This document shows, one piece after another, positions 63,191 to 64,000 of a stretch of DNA of 64,000 nt. The stretch comes from Eledone cirrhosa (taxonomy: Eukaryota), in assembly GCA_964016885.1 (NCBI GenBank), contig OZ024744.1, positions 65,286,001 through 65,350,000 of the forward strand, given 5' to 3'. Position 1 is the first letter of the stretch, and every line of letters begins with the position of its first letter. The notes beneath the pieces are model-generated. The model saw only the letters and a list, made by a program, of their open reading frames with translations. It had not been told where the DNA came from and ran no database searches. Position numbers and translations under genes: made by a program.

Positions 63191-64000
63191 CATAAAAAGT
63201 ATCTTCTTTCTTTAACCCCAACACTATTGTGTATTTTGAACATATTCCTTCTGCTTATTTTCATTTCATATGTCTGTTTATCATCATATCAACAAGTCTC
63301 CCAGAGGATGAAGGGGCCATTTCCAGTAAGAAATTTTATTCATAAAAAGTGTTTCTATAACCCCAATATCATTGTGTATTTTCATTTCATTTCATTTCAT
63401 TCTGTTGTGTGGTTTCTTCATGGTATTCAGTAAAGTGAACAGAATGGACAATATACCACAAACCAGATTTTAAAAAAAACATCATAAATAAAAAAAATGT
63501 AAAAGTGTGCAACCAATAAACATTATTTGCTATAATTTGGTATACTTTGATATTTCATCAATTTGAACATAGATATAATCGACATGAGTATAATTGGCAA
63601 TGGTTTGCAAAATGAAACACCTTTACATATATTCATATACACATGCGGAGATGGGACTGTCTGTTTTCCATTGTCTTTGTCCTGTATGCCCAGTATTTTG
63701 AATTCATATTCTAAAGACTTAGCCATGTAGGCTTTTTTTTTTTTTTTTAACTATCATATAGTAGACATCAGACTGCCTGGAGTGTCTTCCTCTATTTTCC
63801 CTTCTTACCTTTTCTTCTTTGTCTGCACATTGGACAACAGTCCATATTATTCTCTTCTGTTTTACAATTTCTCTCATATATTTTTCAGTTTATGCATTTG
63901 AGATATTTGATATCAGTTGATGCATTTGAGATACTTTTTCTTCTGTATTTGTGTAAAATTGTCTAAAGGCATAATTTGTTTAGCAGTTTTGCTATGTGAC

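Noticed and set aside
63480-64000. Coding exon or LINE C-terminus on the minus strand (CPMC motif)
   Set aside because: Too degraded and cut by the window edge to classify.

Overview
AT-rich, repeat-saturated animal genomic DNA. The SINE and LINE repertoire suggests an octopus or other cephalopod (inference). No intact host gene could be supported; most listed ORFs are microsatellite translations or antisense shadows of retroelements. The window holds four Tx1-like (L1-clade) LINEs, three R4/Dong-like RLE LINE fragments, many RTE fragments (one near full length), Penelope-like fragments, CORE-type and Meta-type tRNA-SINEs, hAT/piggyBac/pogo-like MITEs, a hATm-like transposase relic and a very young non-autonomous LTR element. 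Strongest leads: (1) a shared (TAA/TTA)n landing pad used by Tx1-like LINEs, Dong-like LINEs and a Meta-type SINE whose 3' end resembles the Tx1 3' end; (2) a 48-nt unit in RTE/SINE 3' tails that reads as a GNRA hairpin plus H-type pseudoknot with compensatory changes, amplified up to about 11 copies; (3) a consensus splice donor (AG|GTAAGT) overlapping the ORF1 stop codon in all three Tx1 copies that retain it; (4) three hammerhead-ribozyme-like motifs. All structures were paired by eye, and element boundaries are approximate unless TSDs or TIRs are quoted.
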